Assembly (NCBI GenBank): GCA_020725175.1
Contig: DYFM01000006.1
Location: 2,190-66,189 of the forward strand
Length of the DNA: 64,000 nt
Direction of reading: 5' to 3'
Source of the DNA: Candidatus Paceibacter sp.
GTDB taxonomy: Bacteria > Patescibacteriota > Patescibacteriia > Magasanikbacterales > UBA922
Both the position numbers and the translations under genes were made by a program. This document shows, one piece after another, positions 28,823 to 39,745 of the stretch (its first letter is position 1; the number at the start of each line of letters is the position of its first letter). The notes beneath the pieces were generated by a model. The model ran no database searches and was not told the DNA's origin. It saw nothing but the letters and a program-made list of their open reading frames with translations.

Positions 28823-31800
28823 TTACCTCTTCTGTTCTTCTTGTTGAAGCTGTTCATTACGAGCAATAATTGCTCCACCACGCAATTTTGCTTCCACGGT
28901 AAAATCCATTGGCTCAGTCTGTTTCTTTTCATACGCCGGCTTTTCATACGTTACATAATACGTACTTGGACCAACCAGTGCGGCATATCGCCCCTTACTA
29001 TCGGTTATTTTTGTGTCAACCAGTTTGTTATACGCGGCATCGAAAATTCTCACTACTGTCTGAGCAAGTGGCTTTCTCGATACAACATCTCGAACAACCC
29101 CAAAACTATCCGGCAACGGACGGTACACATACCAACGAAACCCAAAGAATAAACCTACATGAAGAGCAAGGAGTGTAACCATGAGTGGTGTAGGAGAAAT
29201 GACGAAAGAAAGAACAGCGAGCGCGATTCCAATCTTCGACGCGGCCGTATGTCCAATGCGTCGCCCATGCTCACGAAGCACGTCTGTAACCGGTCGCACC
29301 TGATCAATCGGAGTAAGTGGAATATTGACCCCTACCACGTCATTTTTTCCTTGAACTGAAATTGTATCCCCATGATACACATGTGTATAGACTCCATCAT
29401 CTTGCACATATTTCAAATGTTCACTAATTCCTTGGAATCCTTGTTTGGTAACTTCTATCCTATATTCTCCCGGATCCACGATAAACAGATATCGTCCCTT
29501 CATATCAGTGACACGTGACTCTTTAATCGTGCCGGTTTTCGCGTCAAGCAAGCGTACAACTGCCAAGTCAAGTGGTTGCTTCGTAAAGCCATTGTAGACC
29601 ACTCCCCATTTTTTCCGACGTTTCAACCGAAATAACATGATTGGTTGCGTGAATAAATGTCGTAAAATAAGAAGAAGGGAAGTTCCAAAGCCGGTCGCGA
29701 CATTTGCTACCGCCGCCACTGCTGCTACCGGAGCGGCAATTCGTTGGTTTACCCGCTCTACCTCCGGATTATCGGTAAATCGCTTTATGCGATCCGTAAG
29801 GGGCTTAAGCGCCAAAGCCGCTGCTCGATATCGCTCTTCAATTGACCGCCAGCCGGAAATTGATCCAATCGATTCACCGGTACGCTCATCTAGATTCTCA
29901 GACCCTTCCTCTTGACTCTCAATCGGAGTGAAAATGTCTGTAGATGGCAGCCCTCCCTCATCTTCTCCTGTAGTATTTAAAGGCAAACCTGAACTTCCTG
30001 ACCCTGAAGATCCGGTGACCGGCGTATCAATAGGAGTACTATCCGGATACCCTCCGACCGGATTATTCGATGGATTTTCCGGTGTATCCGTTGGAGTATC
30101 TATTGGCAAATCAATCGGCGTCGGTTCAGGTTCTACTGAATCAAGCGGTTCTTCATCTTGTGGTGTCTCAGGCTGATCGATAGGTGCTTCCGCAGCTTCT
30201 GTGATAGTGAGCGTCGCAACACTACCTGAAGAAACGTTACCGGCCTTATCTTGCGCAGCTACCGTCAGTGCATAATCCCCGGTATCAAAATACGTGGGAA
30301 ATGTAAATGACCAATTTCCCTTATTATTAGCGGTTGTATAGTAGGTGGTCGCCACCGCTACTCGAAGGGTAGATACTGAAACCAACGCTGCCGACATGAT
30401 GCGTTTCTCTTTTTTAATTACGACTGTTGCGTACGGCTCTGTTTTCCCAGAAATTACCGGCGGAGATTTTTTTATCTTGTTCACAATTCCGCTATGAACC
30501 GCTCCAATCGTTGGTGGTTCTGGTGGGATAGTATCAAGCGTTACGCACAAATACGTCGCATACTCATATATTTTTGGACCGGTGTTTCGAAACTTTCCAT
30601 TGATACAATGTTTTCCCTGCACATCAGTCAGCTGCCAAGGAATTTGCTCTTGATCGTTTGTTTGATATGAAACAGAAGAAAAATCGGATGATGGTTCAAG
30701 GGACTCAAACAACGCCACCGTATTGGCGTAGCTCGTATCAAGTAATAAAACTACATCTCGACTATTCACCATCGTCATAGTTGGAAGTGAAGTCGGTTTT
30801 CCAACCTGTAGCAACCGAATCAACCGATTTCTTGGTAAAAAATCCTCATCCTCTTCACATTGCTCAATGGTCTCATCACACACCGGAGGGTCTTCCCCAT
30901 CAACCGGATCAATCGGTGGCGGAGGCGGTGGATTGTTTCCTCCGGGTGGAGCTCCTCCACCACTTGAATCATTATCACTGAGCGTAACCGTAACACTCCC
31001 TATCGTTATTCCATGATAATCCGCATCATTACTCGTTGCCGTGTGAGATATAGTCACGGAATGCGCTCCTTCTACCGTCGTATCATCAACCGGAGTCACG
31101 GTAACTGTCTGAGCAGTACTCCAGTTGAGAGTCGTAAAGGTGAGACTGGCAGTAGAAAGGGTAACCTGACTTCCTGAAGATACACCGAGCGCAATCGTGA
31201 CACTATCTGTTGGAGCAGTATTCAACACAACCGTATATGATCCACTTGAACCACCTTCACTGAGCGAAAGAGCGGCCGAGGACAATGTCACCGCCGGTGT
31301 CCCCGGACAGGCCCCGGTGGTAACAGCAATCGTAGCGGTCCAGTCGGTTTCAACAGTGGCACTATTTCGAGCCTTGGCTCGGAAGGTGTATTCTGTTTCA
31401 CAAGTTAAGTCTGAAATACTCAATGTTGTACTCGCCGTCCATCCCGAATTTTTTGCATTATCGAGTGTAGCAACATAGTACTCAGTTGAAGTTGGGTTAC
31501 CATTTGCCCCCACAGTAAACGTGATCGAAGAAGAAGCGGTGCTGGCGGCTGTCAAGTTTAATGGTAAGGCGGCTTTAGTGGTGGTACTAAATTCTGTAGA
31601 TGAATTGAAGTATCCCCAACTGTCGTACGCAAAGATGTTGAAGTAGTAAACAGTGTTTGGAGTAAGACCGGTAAATGTTTCACTAGTAGGCTGACCACCA
31701 AACGTACTGGAAGCCAAGTTTGCGTCTGTACTAGAAGTAAACGCGTTCGTAGAGGTAGTGAGTGGTGTTGAAGTACTATAGTGAATTTTGTATTCGGTAA

Positions 31801-34414
31801 AATTTTCATCGGTTGAGGTAGTGTTTGGGAAGGTAAACGCAACAGTTGAAGAAGTCAATGTAGAAATAGTCAATGCTCCGGGAGCGGTCGGGTCTTTGGT
31901 ATCGATTGCAAAAGCCGAAGTAGTTGCCGTCGTGCCATTTTCCGTGCCGTCGTTGGGGGTGAAACGCAGATAGATGGTTGATGTGGCGGTGTCAGGGATA
32001 TCAACGCCGATATTCCAGGTTGTCGTAACAGTAACGGTATTGGATGGCGCAATATCCGTTGCAATGTTGTACACGCGCCCGGCAGCGGTATTGGGTGCAC
32101 CGGTACTTGCTTCTACCGAACCAATTGTTGAGGAAGCCCACGTAACTCCATCGGTAGAATACTCAATTGAAAATTCGGTAATATCACCGTCAGTGTCTGA
32201 AATGGTGGTAGTGACAGTAACGAAGTTGGCGGAGGTTTGGGAGGGGGTGGAGGTGGTGAGGGTGGGGACATTATTATTATCAAAAAGTGCTAAAGAATAG
32301 TCGACAATACCATTGTGTGAAGAATCATATGGAGAGCCTGTCATAGGAAAATCAGCTGCGGGAGTCTTTGATACAAGTAATACCTGATTACTTGGGTTTA
32401 CAATAACATCCGCGACGATTTCATGTCCGGTTCCACCTAAGTATGATGACCCTAACAAGACATTTAATTCACTATTCATTTTAGCAATATACATATCTGC
32501 AGTAAAAGCTGCATCGCTAAAATTTTTATCATAGGAATCAGTGGTCGTAGGAAAAGCATTGGCGTACGTCTCCGTAAAAAAATAAACGCTTCCACTATCA
32601 TCTACCGTAACCTTTGGATTTAATAGAAAGGTATTCCCCTCTTGTCCAATATATGTAGAGTATTGAAGTGAGGTTAAGTCAGACGAAAAAGCACTCAATG
32701 CAACCGCATACTCAGCATGAGAAGTGGTATCATATGCTCCTGGTGTAGTTGAGGCAAATTCACCATTTTTACTTGTAGCCACATAAATTCTTTGGTTTAT
32801 CCTATCAAATGCTAAAGATTTCGCATCTGACCACAAATACGTTCCACTAACCAAGTTTTGTAGATTAGACGATAAAATACCAATATACCCTGCGGGAACA
32901 GAGCTGCCTTTTGGGACACTACTATAGGCACCTAAGCTCGTTTGAAAACCTGAACCAATATGACCTAAAAAAACTACTGTGTCAGACGCGGTAATTTCTG
33001 CATCAACAAACGTTTCACTATCACCTGTTCCTATGAATGTACCCGCATCATGTGTCTGCAAGTCAGAGGATAATTTTAAAACAAAAATATCACTAGACCC
33101 ATTGTGCGTATCATCAAACGAAGGAGTGGATGTAGGTGCATTACCTCCAGAGGTACCTACCACATACACACTTGTACCAGCATCATTTACAAGCACCTTA
33201 CCGTACACATCACCAACTACTCGAGAAGCAGTAAGAGAAGATAGATTATTGTTAAACTTAACAATATACCCGTTTGATGATAATGGGTCATACAACAATG
33301 CCGCCGTTGTGGTTGGAAAATCTGTACTAGCACTTTGCCCAGACAAATATACACTACCACTCGAATCTATAGCAATACTAGACACTTGATCTGAGTCGGA
33401 ACCTCCTATATAGGTACTCGCTAATAATTGTTGTAAATTACTAGACAACTTACTCACTACCACATCATTTACTCCTGTGTGTGTATTTGAATAAGGTGTT
33501 CCGCTCATCGGAAAATCCACGCTTGCGGTATACCCTGCAACAAATATATTCCCATTTGAGTCTATCGCCACATTACCTCCGTTTTCCTCATCTGTACCCC
33601 CCAAAAAAGTAGAAGCAGTTAAATTGGAGAGAATTGGATCAATAATTAGTGGAAAATTCTGATCATAAGATGCTACTGAAAATACTAGTTCTTGGTTATT
33701 TTTTACTACATATTCTGCAGGCACCTCAATTATTTTTCCGTCCTTTACTTGGTAAGAATAAGGAGCATCATGTGTAAATTTCTGATCACCTATCATAACA
33801 ACAACTTTCCCTTCTTCTACTACCATCAAATTATCAATTCCATTAAACTGAACACTAAATTTTTCTACCGGAAACAGTGCAGGAACAATTATATTATACT
33901 TTACCGTATTTTTATTGAACAAAAACTCAACCTCAACACCCGCTTTGTTTCTATAAACAATTTTTTCGTATGTGGGAATATCTGAAAAATGATCCTTACC
34001 TCGAAATTCACTTACTGTCATACCACCCCTTTCCTCAGCGACCAACTCATACCCACCTTCCTCAAGAAATGGAAACCACATATGATAAACAACTTCCTTC
34101 AGAACACCTTCATATTCTTCCACGTTTTGAATAACAACCTTATCCTGCAAAAAATATATCCCACCATTTTTGTTTTTTTGATAAAATTTTATATCATCTG
34201 GAGCTTGACCAATATTTTCAAGAAAAATCGAATTATTCAAGTTTTTTACAGCATTTTCTACCTCTTCAATATCAACATTATTTTTTGTTGAAATCTGTGT
34301 ATCTGTGCCTACGTTCTTTTGAACAATTTTAGTACCCAAAAAAAGTATAGACACTAATCCTACTGTAATTAAAGCTAATAAAAAAAACTTTTTCTTGTTC
34401 ATAAACAATTTCAC
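28823..34414 (-). CDS. Giant cell-surface protein (1863 aa): N-terminal anchor, SBBP beta-propeller repeats, FN3/Ig-like Thr-rich repeats, a Pro/Gly linker, and a C-terminal region with TM helices and two carboxypeptidase-regulatory-like domains
   Basis: Recurrent Y..G.T.S.DFP SBBP motifs; Thr/Ser-rich repeat region; PPGGNNPPPPPP linker; VRLLDAKTGTI..TDMKGRY and VRIFDAAYNKL..TDSKGRY CarbopepD_reg-like units flanking hydrophobic helices. Confidence 0.8.
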   Translation of the reverse strand: MKLFMNKKKFFLLALITVGLVSILFLGTKIVQKNVGTDTQISTKNNVDIEEVENAVKNLNNSIFLENIGQAPDDIKFYQKNKNGGIYFLQDKVVIQNVEEYEGVLKEVVYHMWFPFLEEGGYELVAEERGGMTVSEFRGKDHFSDIPTYEKIVYRNKAGVEVEFLFNKNTVKYNIIVPALFPVEKFSVQFNGIDNLMVVEEGKVVVMIGDQKFTHDAPYSYQVKDGKIIEVPAEYVVKNNQELVFSVASYDQNFPLIIDPILSNLTASTFLGGTDEENGGNVAIDSNGNIFVAGYTASVDFPMSGTPYSNTHTGVNDVVVSKLSSNLQQLLASTYIGGSDSDQVSSIAIDSSGSVYLSGQSASTDFPTTTAALLYDPLSSNGYIVKFNNNLSSLTASRVVGDVYGKVLVNDAGTSVYVVGTSGGNAPTSTPSFDDTHNGSSDIFVLKLSSDLQTHDAGTFIGTGDSETFVDAEITASDTVVFLGHIGSGFQTSLGAYSSVPKGSSVPAGYIGILSSNLQNLVSGTYLWSDAKSLAFDRINQRIYVATSKNGEFASTTPGAYDTTSHAEYAVALSAFSSDLTSLQYSTYIGQEGNTFLLNPKVTVDDSGSVYFFTETYANAFPTTTDSYDKNFSDAAFTADMYIAKMNSELNVLLGSSYLGGTGHEIVADVIVNPSNQVLLVSKTPAADFPMTGSPYDSSHNGIVDYSLALFDNNNVPTLTTSTPSQTSANFVTVTTTISDTDGDITEFSIEYSTDGVTWASSTIGSVEASTGAPNTAAGRVYNIATDIAPSNTVTVTTTWNIGVDIPDTATSTIYLRFTPNDGTENGTTATTSAFAIDTKDPTAPGALTISTLTSSTVAFTFPNTTSTDENFTEYKIHYSTSTPLTTSTNAFTSSTDANLASSTFGGQPTSETFTGLTPNTVYYFNIFAYDSWGYFNSSTEFSTTTKAALPLNLTAASTASSSITFTVGANGNPTSTEYYVATLDNAKNSGWTASTTLSISDLTCETEYTFRAKARNSATVETDWTATIAVTTGACPGTPAVTLSSAALSLSEGGSSGSYTVVLNTAPTDSVTIALGVSSGSQVTLSTASLTFTTLNWSTAQTVTVTPVDDTTVEGAHSVTISHTATSNDADYHGITIGSVTVTLSDNDSSGGGAPPGGNNPPPPPPIDPVDGEDPPVCDETIEQCEEDEDFLPRNRLIRLLQVGKPTSLPTMTMVNSRDVVLLLDTSYANTVALFESLEPSSDFSSVSYQTNDQEQIPWQLTDVQGKHCINGKFRNTGPKIYEYATYLCVTLDTIPPEPPTIGAVHSGIVNKIKKSPPVISGKTEPYATVVIKKEKRIMSAALVSVSTLRVAVATTYYTTANNKGNWSFTFPTYFDTGDYALTVAAQDKAGNVSSGSVATLTITEAAEAPIDQPETPQDEEPLDSVEPEPTPIDLPIDTPTDTPENPSNNPVGGYPDSTPIDTPVTGSSGSGSSGLPLNTTGEDEGGLPSTDIFTPIESQEEGSENLDERTGESIGSISGWRSIEERYRAAALALKPLTDRIKRFTDNPEVERVNQRIAAPVAAVAAVANVATGFGTSLLLILRHLFTQPIMLFRLKRRKKWGVVYNGFTKQPLDLAVVRLLDAKTGTIKESRVTDMKGRYLFIVDPGEYRIEVTKQGFQGISEHLKYVQDDGVYTHVYHGDTISVQGKNDVVGVNIPLTPIDQVRPVTDVLREHGRRIGHTAASKIGIALAVLSFVISPTPLMVTLLALHVGLFFGFRWYVYRPLPDSFGVVRDVVSRKPLAQTVVRIFDAAYNKLVDTKITDSKGRYAALVGPSTYYVTYEKPAYEKKQTEPMDFTVEAKLRGGAIIARNEQLQQEEQKR

Positions 34415-34495
34415 TGAACATATTATAAAGCATTTCTGTTTAAACTACAAGAAAAGAGGTTGATAACCTCTTTTCTAACAATATATAATATATTT

Positions 34496-36721
34496 CTATC
34501 TTCTAACCGATCTTTGCCCAGCCCAACTTCTTGAATATACAGTTACTTCTTTTTCTGACAACACCTTTCGATTTACTGTATCATACAAACGAACACGATA
34601 CTTATCTGACATAACATTCATCGAGTAAGTGTAGGTCGTAAGTAGCGAAAAACCATCAGTAGGATTTGGACCAGAAATAATCGTTGGATACACCGTAATA
34701 CCTTGTGAATTTTTCCATTCCACCTTTATCTCTCCACTTAACAGTTTATCGTACGCAACAATTCCAGGATAAACAGAGATCTCAATCATCTGTCCTTGGT
34801 ACAATGTATTCTTGTCTGTATTAAGAATATAGACAACTTCTTTACTCTTAATTTCAAAAGCAGAACTTTGTGCAACAACGGTATTGAGCTTGTTTCGAAC
34901 TTCCACTACATACTTTCCAGGCAAAAGATTACTTGTACTATATAAAAAGTAAGTATGACCATTTGAAAGACTGGTGGTAATGGCTGGCAATAATGAAACC
35001 TGATTCAATTCGTTTCTAATATACGAAGTAAAGCCATAAGTTAAATCGCCCGGGACACTCACGGCAACAGGTTCTTGCTGTTCATAAAAAGGTAAAGCTC
35101 CCTCAACTGGCAGAATATGAAAAGCTGAAACAGGAGTTGCCCCTGCAGTACCGTTTAACTTAGTTACAAAACCATCCTCCGCACCTTCGTCTAAAGAGTG
35201 ATTTTTTTGAAAAGCATTAGGAGAAACCGGAAAATCATAACTCTGCGTGTTACCTACAACCACAATACTAGAATTTGGACTAATGATAATTTCAGACCCT
35301 GAATCATACGAACTACCACCCAAATAGGTTCCTGATACAACATTGGTTAGAGTTGAATTATAATTTAGCACAACTGCATCTGCTATACCATTAATAGTGG
35401 TATCATACCCGCTTACTAAACTTGTATTTGGATCTAAAAATTTTGTTCCAGCAACATACACATCTCCAATCGAAGTCACCTTAACACTGTTTAAAGAAGC
35501 TGTGAGTACTGAGTTCATTACTGCACCTAGCGAACTTGAAAATTTAGTTACAAACCCACCTCTTAAACCTGAAGGACTATTAACAGGATTAACGGTAGAA
35601 GGAAAATTTGTACTCAAAGTTTTTCCCACAACATATACGTGACCACTAGAATCAAGAGCTATATCTTCTGGATAATCCTCATCTTTTCCACCTAGATAAG
35701 AAAAAGCTTGCACGCTTGAAAAATCAGAACTAATCTTTGCCACAAACACATCACTTTGAGACGGATAAGTAGAATTAAAACTCACATCATATCCATTTCC
35801 AGGTACAGCAGAAAAGTATTTACTCGTAGTTAAACCTGTCACATACATAGATCCATCACCAGCCAACACAATACCTCGTAAATCATCTTTTCCGTTTGTT
35901 CCACCAACAAATGTACTTTTTAATAAAGTTGATAAAGAATTGTTAAGCTTTGCCATAAACCCTTCAGTATATCCACCATGAACAGTTTTTAACGTACCAA
36001 CAGTGACCGGAAAATCGGAACTTTCTGTTTGCCCCACGACATAGACTGACCCAACAGAATCTATGGCGATATCATCTATTTCGTCTGTATTTGTACCACC
36101 AATAAATGTGGATGCCATCAAAGATGTTAAGTCAGGATTTAATTTACTAACAAAACCCACTGTTCCCCAAAGTCCTTGACTATACCCATCATAAACCGTG
36201 TCATAAGCACCTGAAGTTACTGGGAATTCAAAACTTCCTGTAAACCCAGCAATAAATATATTTCCACTTGTGTCTAGAGCAATAGCCTTCCCAACCCCAC
36301 CTCCACCAATAAAAGTACTCGCTAAAACAGTCGACAAGTCAGAACTAAATCTTGTAATATAGACATCAGAAGGTACATTATTTTCCTGACTGATTACAGT
36401 TGAATATGCGTTTGTTGTGACTGGGAATCCAGGAGAATTTGTGTTACCAACTACATAAATAGTTCCATCACCAGCAACCTTCACATCATTAATCTTATCC
36501 CAAGCTGAACTACCCAAGTAAGATGAAGCAGATAAAGTACTCAAACTGGCAGCCTGAGTAGTAGGTACAAAACAAAACAAAGAGAGAATAATTCCTAACG
36601 TTACCAAACCAGCACCTCTCACTAACGAATAAATTCGGGCAACTAACATAGTGTCCGTTTTAAATAATAAAGAATGATAAGCCATAGGGCATGTAGTTAT
36701 ATAATCACAAAAAAGCCTCAT
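34496..36721 (-). CDS. SBBP beta-propeller-repeat surface protein, a paralog of the N-terminal part of the giant protein
   Basis: Signal anchor; multiple xSxDFP / GxTxSxDFP repeats (NSPGFPVT, GSFEFPVT, ESSDFPVT, LSTNFPST, QSYDFPVS). Start uncertain (alternative Met at 36649). Confidence 0.75.
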   Translation of the reverse strand: MRLFCDYITTCPMAYHSLLFKTDTMLVARIYSLVRGAGLVTLGIILSLFCFVPTTQAASLSTLSASSYLGSSAWDKINDVKVAGDGTIYVVGNTNSPGFPVTTNAYSTVISQENNVPSDVYITRFSSDLSTVLASTFIGGGGVGKAIALDTSGNIFIAGFTGSFEFPVTSGAYDTVYDGYSQGLWGTVGFVSKLNPDLTSLMASTFIGGTNTDEIDDIAIDSVGSVYVVGQTESSDFPVTVGTLKTVHGGYTEGFMAKLNNSLSTLLKSTFVGGTNGKDDLRGIVLAGDGSMYVTGLTTSKYFSAVPGNGYDVSFNSTYPSQSDVFVAKISSDFSSVQAFSYLGGKDEDYPEDIALDSSGHVYVVGKTLSTNFPSTVNPVNSPSGLRGGFVTKFSSSLGAVMNSVLTASLNSVKVTSIGDVYVAGTKFLDPNTSLVSGYDTTINGIADAVVLNYNSTLTNVVSGTYLGGSSYDSGSEIIISPNSSIVVVGNTQSYDFPVSPNAFQKNHSLDEGAEDGFVTKLNGTAGATPVSAFHILPVEGALPFYEQQEPVAVSVPGDLTYGFTSYIRNELNQVSLLPAITTSLSNGHTYFLYSTSNLLPGKYVVEVRNKLNTVVAQSSAFEIKSKEVVYILNTDKNTLYQGQMIEISVYPGIVAYDKLLSGEIKVEWKNSQGITVYPTIISGPNPTDGFSLLTTYTYSMNVMSDKYRVRLYDTVNRKVLSEKEVTVYSRSWAGQRSVRR

Positions 36722-36851
36722 AGTAAAGCATAAAATTCACTATCTGTCAATGGCAGAGAAATACACGCACCTGAAAATTTGCTTAAAACAAAAGAAATAC
36801 CTAACAAATAGGTATTTCTTACCTTGTGGATAACTCTTCTGTATCCTGTAT

Positions 36852-37496
36852 TTATTCACCAAGCTGCTCCGCCACTTCGGCCGCAAAATCAGTCGATTTC
36901 TTTTCAATTCCTTCGCCAAGTTCATACCGCACAAACCGACGAACTGAGATCTTTTCACCAATTTCCGCTGTCTTTTCCGTCAACAACTGTTCAATAGTTT
37001 TTTCTTCATCCTTGATAAACGGTTGTTCGAGAAGACACACTTCCGAATAGTACTTCCCCATCTTACCTTCCACAATCTTTTCAATCATCGCTTCCGGCTT
37101 TCCTTCCGCTTTCAACTGTTCTGTATACACTTCTTTCTCTCGCGCAATCATATCTCCAGATACTTCTTCGCGAGTCGTACACTTGGGAGCTGCTGCCGCA
37201 ATATGCATGGCGATATCATTGCAGAGCTCTTTAAATTTGTCAGTTTTAGCCACAAAGTCGGTCTCACAGTTTACTTCCACCAATACGCCGATTTTTCCGG
37301 CACCGTGAATATAACTGTACACCAAGCCTTCGGCCGCTACTTTGTCAGCCCGCTTGGCAGCTTTTGCAATACCTTTTTTCCGCAAAAGATCTACCGCTTG
37401 TTCATAGTTTCCACCAGCCTCATCCAGCGCTTTTTTACAATCAAGCATCCCAGCGCCAGTCTGCGCGCGAAGTTTTGCAATATCAGAAGTTGACAT
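36852..37496 (-). CDS. tsf: Elongation factor Ts
   Basis: [22 protein letters not shown]-like N-terminus and EF-Ts dimerisation core; start set at MSTSD. The longer ORF extension is unsupported. Confidence 0.85.
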   Translation of the reverse strand: MSTSDIAKLRAQTGAGMLDCKKALDEAGGNYEQAVDLLRKKGIAKAAKRADKVAAEGLVYSYIHGAGKIGVLVEVNCETDFVAKTDKFKELCNDIAMHIAAAAPKCTTREEVSGDMIAREKEVYTEQLKAEGKPEAMIEKIVEGKMGKYYSEVCLLEQPFIKDEEKTIEQLLTEKTAEIGEKISVRRFVRYELGEGIEKKSTDFAAEVAEQLGE

Positions 37497-37752
37497 AGTT
37501 GTTGAAGAATTAAGCAGAATAGGCAGAATAGGCAGAGTAAGCATTGATTTTTTAGAAGTATCAACACTCACATAGCATCCTCTAAGCTGCAAGATTTACT
37601 TTAAAAATTTGACTATATATAGTGGTAGTAGCCTGTACAACTATCTATATAAAACAGAACACCGGTCAAAACAAATGCACAATCTACCTAATCTGCTTAT
37701 TCTACCTACGCACCCTTTTCACCACCATTAATTTCTTTATTTCGCTATATTA

Positions 37753-38481
37753 TTATTTCGCCACCTCTTTATTCTCCTGCTTCACAAGGGCATTGTTTCT
37801 CATTTCCTTCCCCTCTTTCACCGCTTCCGCCACCAGGTTAACCATGAGAGTAATAGATTTTACCGCATCATCGTTCGCAGGAATAATATAATCTGCCTTG
37901 AGAGGGTTTGCATTTGTATCGGTAATACCGATAATTTCCACACCGGTTTTTCCCGCCTCAGTCACAGCGGTTTTTTCTCTCTGAAGTGATGGAAGAAAAA
38001 TCGCATCCGGCATTTTGGTCAGCGTTACCAAACCACCGAGAGACTGGTCTTGTTTTTCGAGTTTTTTGTTAATTTCCAGTTGTTCTTTTTTGGTATATTT
38101 ACCAAGCTCTCCGGCTTCTTGCTGCTTCTTGAGAGAAACATACGACATGATCATGCGGTGGATTTCCGGGAAATTGGTCAACATACCGCCGATCCATCGG
38201 TCGGTAAGATACGGCATACCACAGTCAATCGCCGCCGCTTTGACGATATCACGTGCTTGCGGTTTGGTCGTGACAAACAAAATGGTTTTTCCTTCTGAAA
38301 CCATGCGAGTAATAGCCGCCAAGGTTTCTTGCAGTTTTACCTGAGTTTTTTCCAGATCAATTACATGAACACCATTTCGATCGGTGTAAATGTATGGCTT
38401 CATTTTTGGATGCCAGCGAGACTTCTGATGACCGAAGTGTACTCCGGCCTGCAGCATCTCCAAGATGCTTGGTAATTTCAT
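37753..38481 (-). CDS. rpsB: 30S ribosomal protein S2
   Basis: MLQAGVHFGHQKSRWHPKM signature; 242 aa. Confidence 0.9.
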   Translation of the reverse strand: MKLPSILEMLQAGVHFGHQKSRWHPKMKPYIYTDRNGVHVIDLEKTQVKLQETLAAITRMVSEGKTILFVTTKPQARDIVKAAAIDCGMPYLTDRWIGGMLTNFPEIHRMIMSYVSLKKQQEAGELGKYTKKEQLEINKKLEKQDQSLGGLVTLTKMPDAIFLPSLQREKTAVTEAGKTGVEIIGITDTNANPLKADYIIPANDDAVKSITLMVNLVAEAVKEGKEMRNNALVKQENKEVAK

Positions 38482-38619
38482 ACTATTTCCTTTTTACCTC
38501 CTTTCCTTCTACCGTCCGAAGGGTCGGACAGAGGAAATATGTGGGAAAGTGAGGGATAAATAAATGTGGCGACAGTATAAATGATGAGAGGATGTTTGTC
38601 AATACGATAGTTATCCACG

Positions 38620-39510
38620 GTGAACACTGATTTCTTTTCGAACCTTTTTAATACTCGTTCTAAACACTTACTCCTTGTTTACAACGCAAAAAACATGCTA
38701 TACTACGACCTTGAAGACTCTTCTCACTTTTTTTATATGCCTGAACAAGAACCAGGTTTCAGCCCCCAAACTCCCTGGCACAAAACCTCAGGTGGTTTGG
38801 TATTTGTAGGAACCATTGGAACAATTATTACCATTTGTCTCATCTTTTTTTTGTACACGGTCTATTTTATTTGGCAAGTAAAGTACGGAGATGCCGAAAA
38901 AGCGGCTCGCAGTGTAAACCCAAACTTTTCTTCACTCGCCACCAGTACCGATGCCATGCCTATCTCCCCTGCCGTCATGCCGGTAGAGCAATTTATTCAA
39001 ACAACCAATCCTGTTCAAGGACAACCTGAAGCACCCCTTACCATCGTTGTTTTTATTGATTTTGAATGTCCTTTTTGTCAAGCATCACACCCCATTTTTA
39101 CCAATGTTGTAAAACAATTTGGACCAGCAGTAAAAGTGGTATTCAAACATTTCCCGATCACCGCACTTCATCCCAATGCCATACAAGTCGCCAATGCCGC
39201 CGAATGTGCCGGAGCACAAGGGAAGTTTTGGGAATTTTATACTCAAGTATTTGACCGTAAACTTACCACTGAGCAAGCTATCAGCGAGTACGCGACAAAT
39301 CTCAACTTAAACCTAACAACCTTCGCCGCTTGTAGAAACGCAGAACCATTTCAAAACCGCATTGAACAAGATATAAAAGATGGCTTGACACTGCAAGTTC
39401 GTGGCACCCCCACCTACTTTGTCAACAATACCAAAATTGAAGGAGTGATTTCCGAAACCGATTGGAGTATTATTTTAATTGAAGAATTGAAAAAAATGAC
39501 ACAGCAGTAG
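38620..39510 (+). CDS. DsbA-like thiol:disulfide oxidoreductase (thioredoxin fold), membrane anchored
   Basis: CPFC active-site motif inside a thioredoxin_4-type domain; TM helix near the N-terminus. Start uncertain (alternative Met at 38695). Confidence 0.7.
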   Translation: MNTDFFSNLFNTRSKHLLLVYNAKNMLYYDLEDSSHFFYMPEQEPGFSPQTPWHKTSGGLVFVGTIGTIITICLIFFLYTVYFIWQVKYGDAEKAARSVNPNFSSLATSTDAMPISPAVMPVEQFIQTTNPVQGQPEAPLTIVVFIDFECPFCQASHPIFTNVVKQFGPAVKVVFKHFPITALHPNAIQVANAAECAGAQGKFWEFYTQVFDRKLTTEQAISEYATNLNLNLTTFAACRNAEPFQNRIEQDIKDGLTLQVRGTPTYFVNNTKIEGVISETDWSIILIEELKKMTQQ

Positions 39511-39640
39511 TGGGCACTACAATACGGGATCACAGGAACACTACAGCACTACATGACTGCGGTACTAGTAAACGAGATGGTTGAGGGAGGGAATCTATCG
39601 AAATACTGTACAACTATTTAGAATATGCAACCAATTTCGA

Positions 39641-39735
39641 TATTTCCCTATTTCGTTGTTTCTTAGTTTCTTTATTTCCCTATTTCTTTATTTCCTTATT
39701 TCGATATTTCTCTATTTCGATATTTCGTTGTCTCT
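39641..39735. repeat. Octamer array (CTATTTCG / TTATTTCC units, about 11 copies)
   Basis: Direct tandem 8-mers; translating it causes a spurious N-terminal extension of the downstream ORF. Confidence 0.5.
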
Positions 39736-39745
39736 TTCACCACCT

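Noticed and set aside
39581-39745. N-terminal extension of the Cys-rich protein ORF (MREGIYRNTVQLFRICNQ...FLYFLISIF)
   Set aside because: The extension is a translation of the octamer repeat array. The true start is the signal-peptide Met at 39746.
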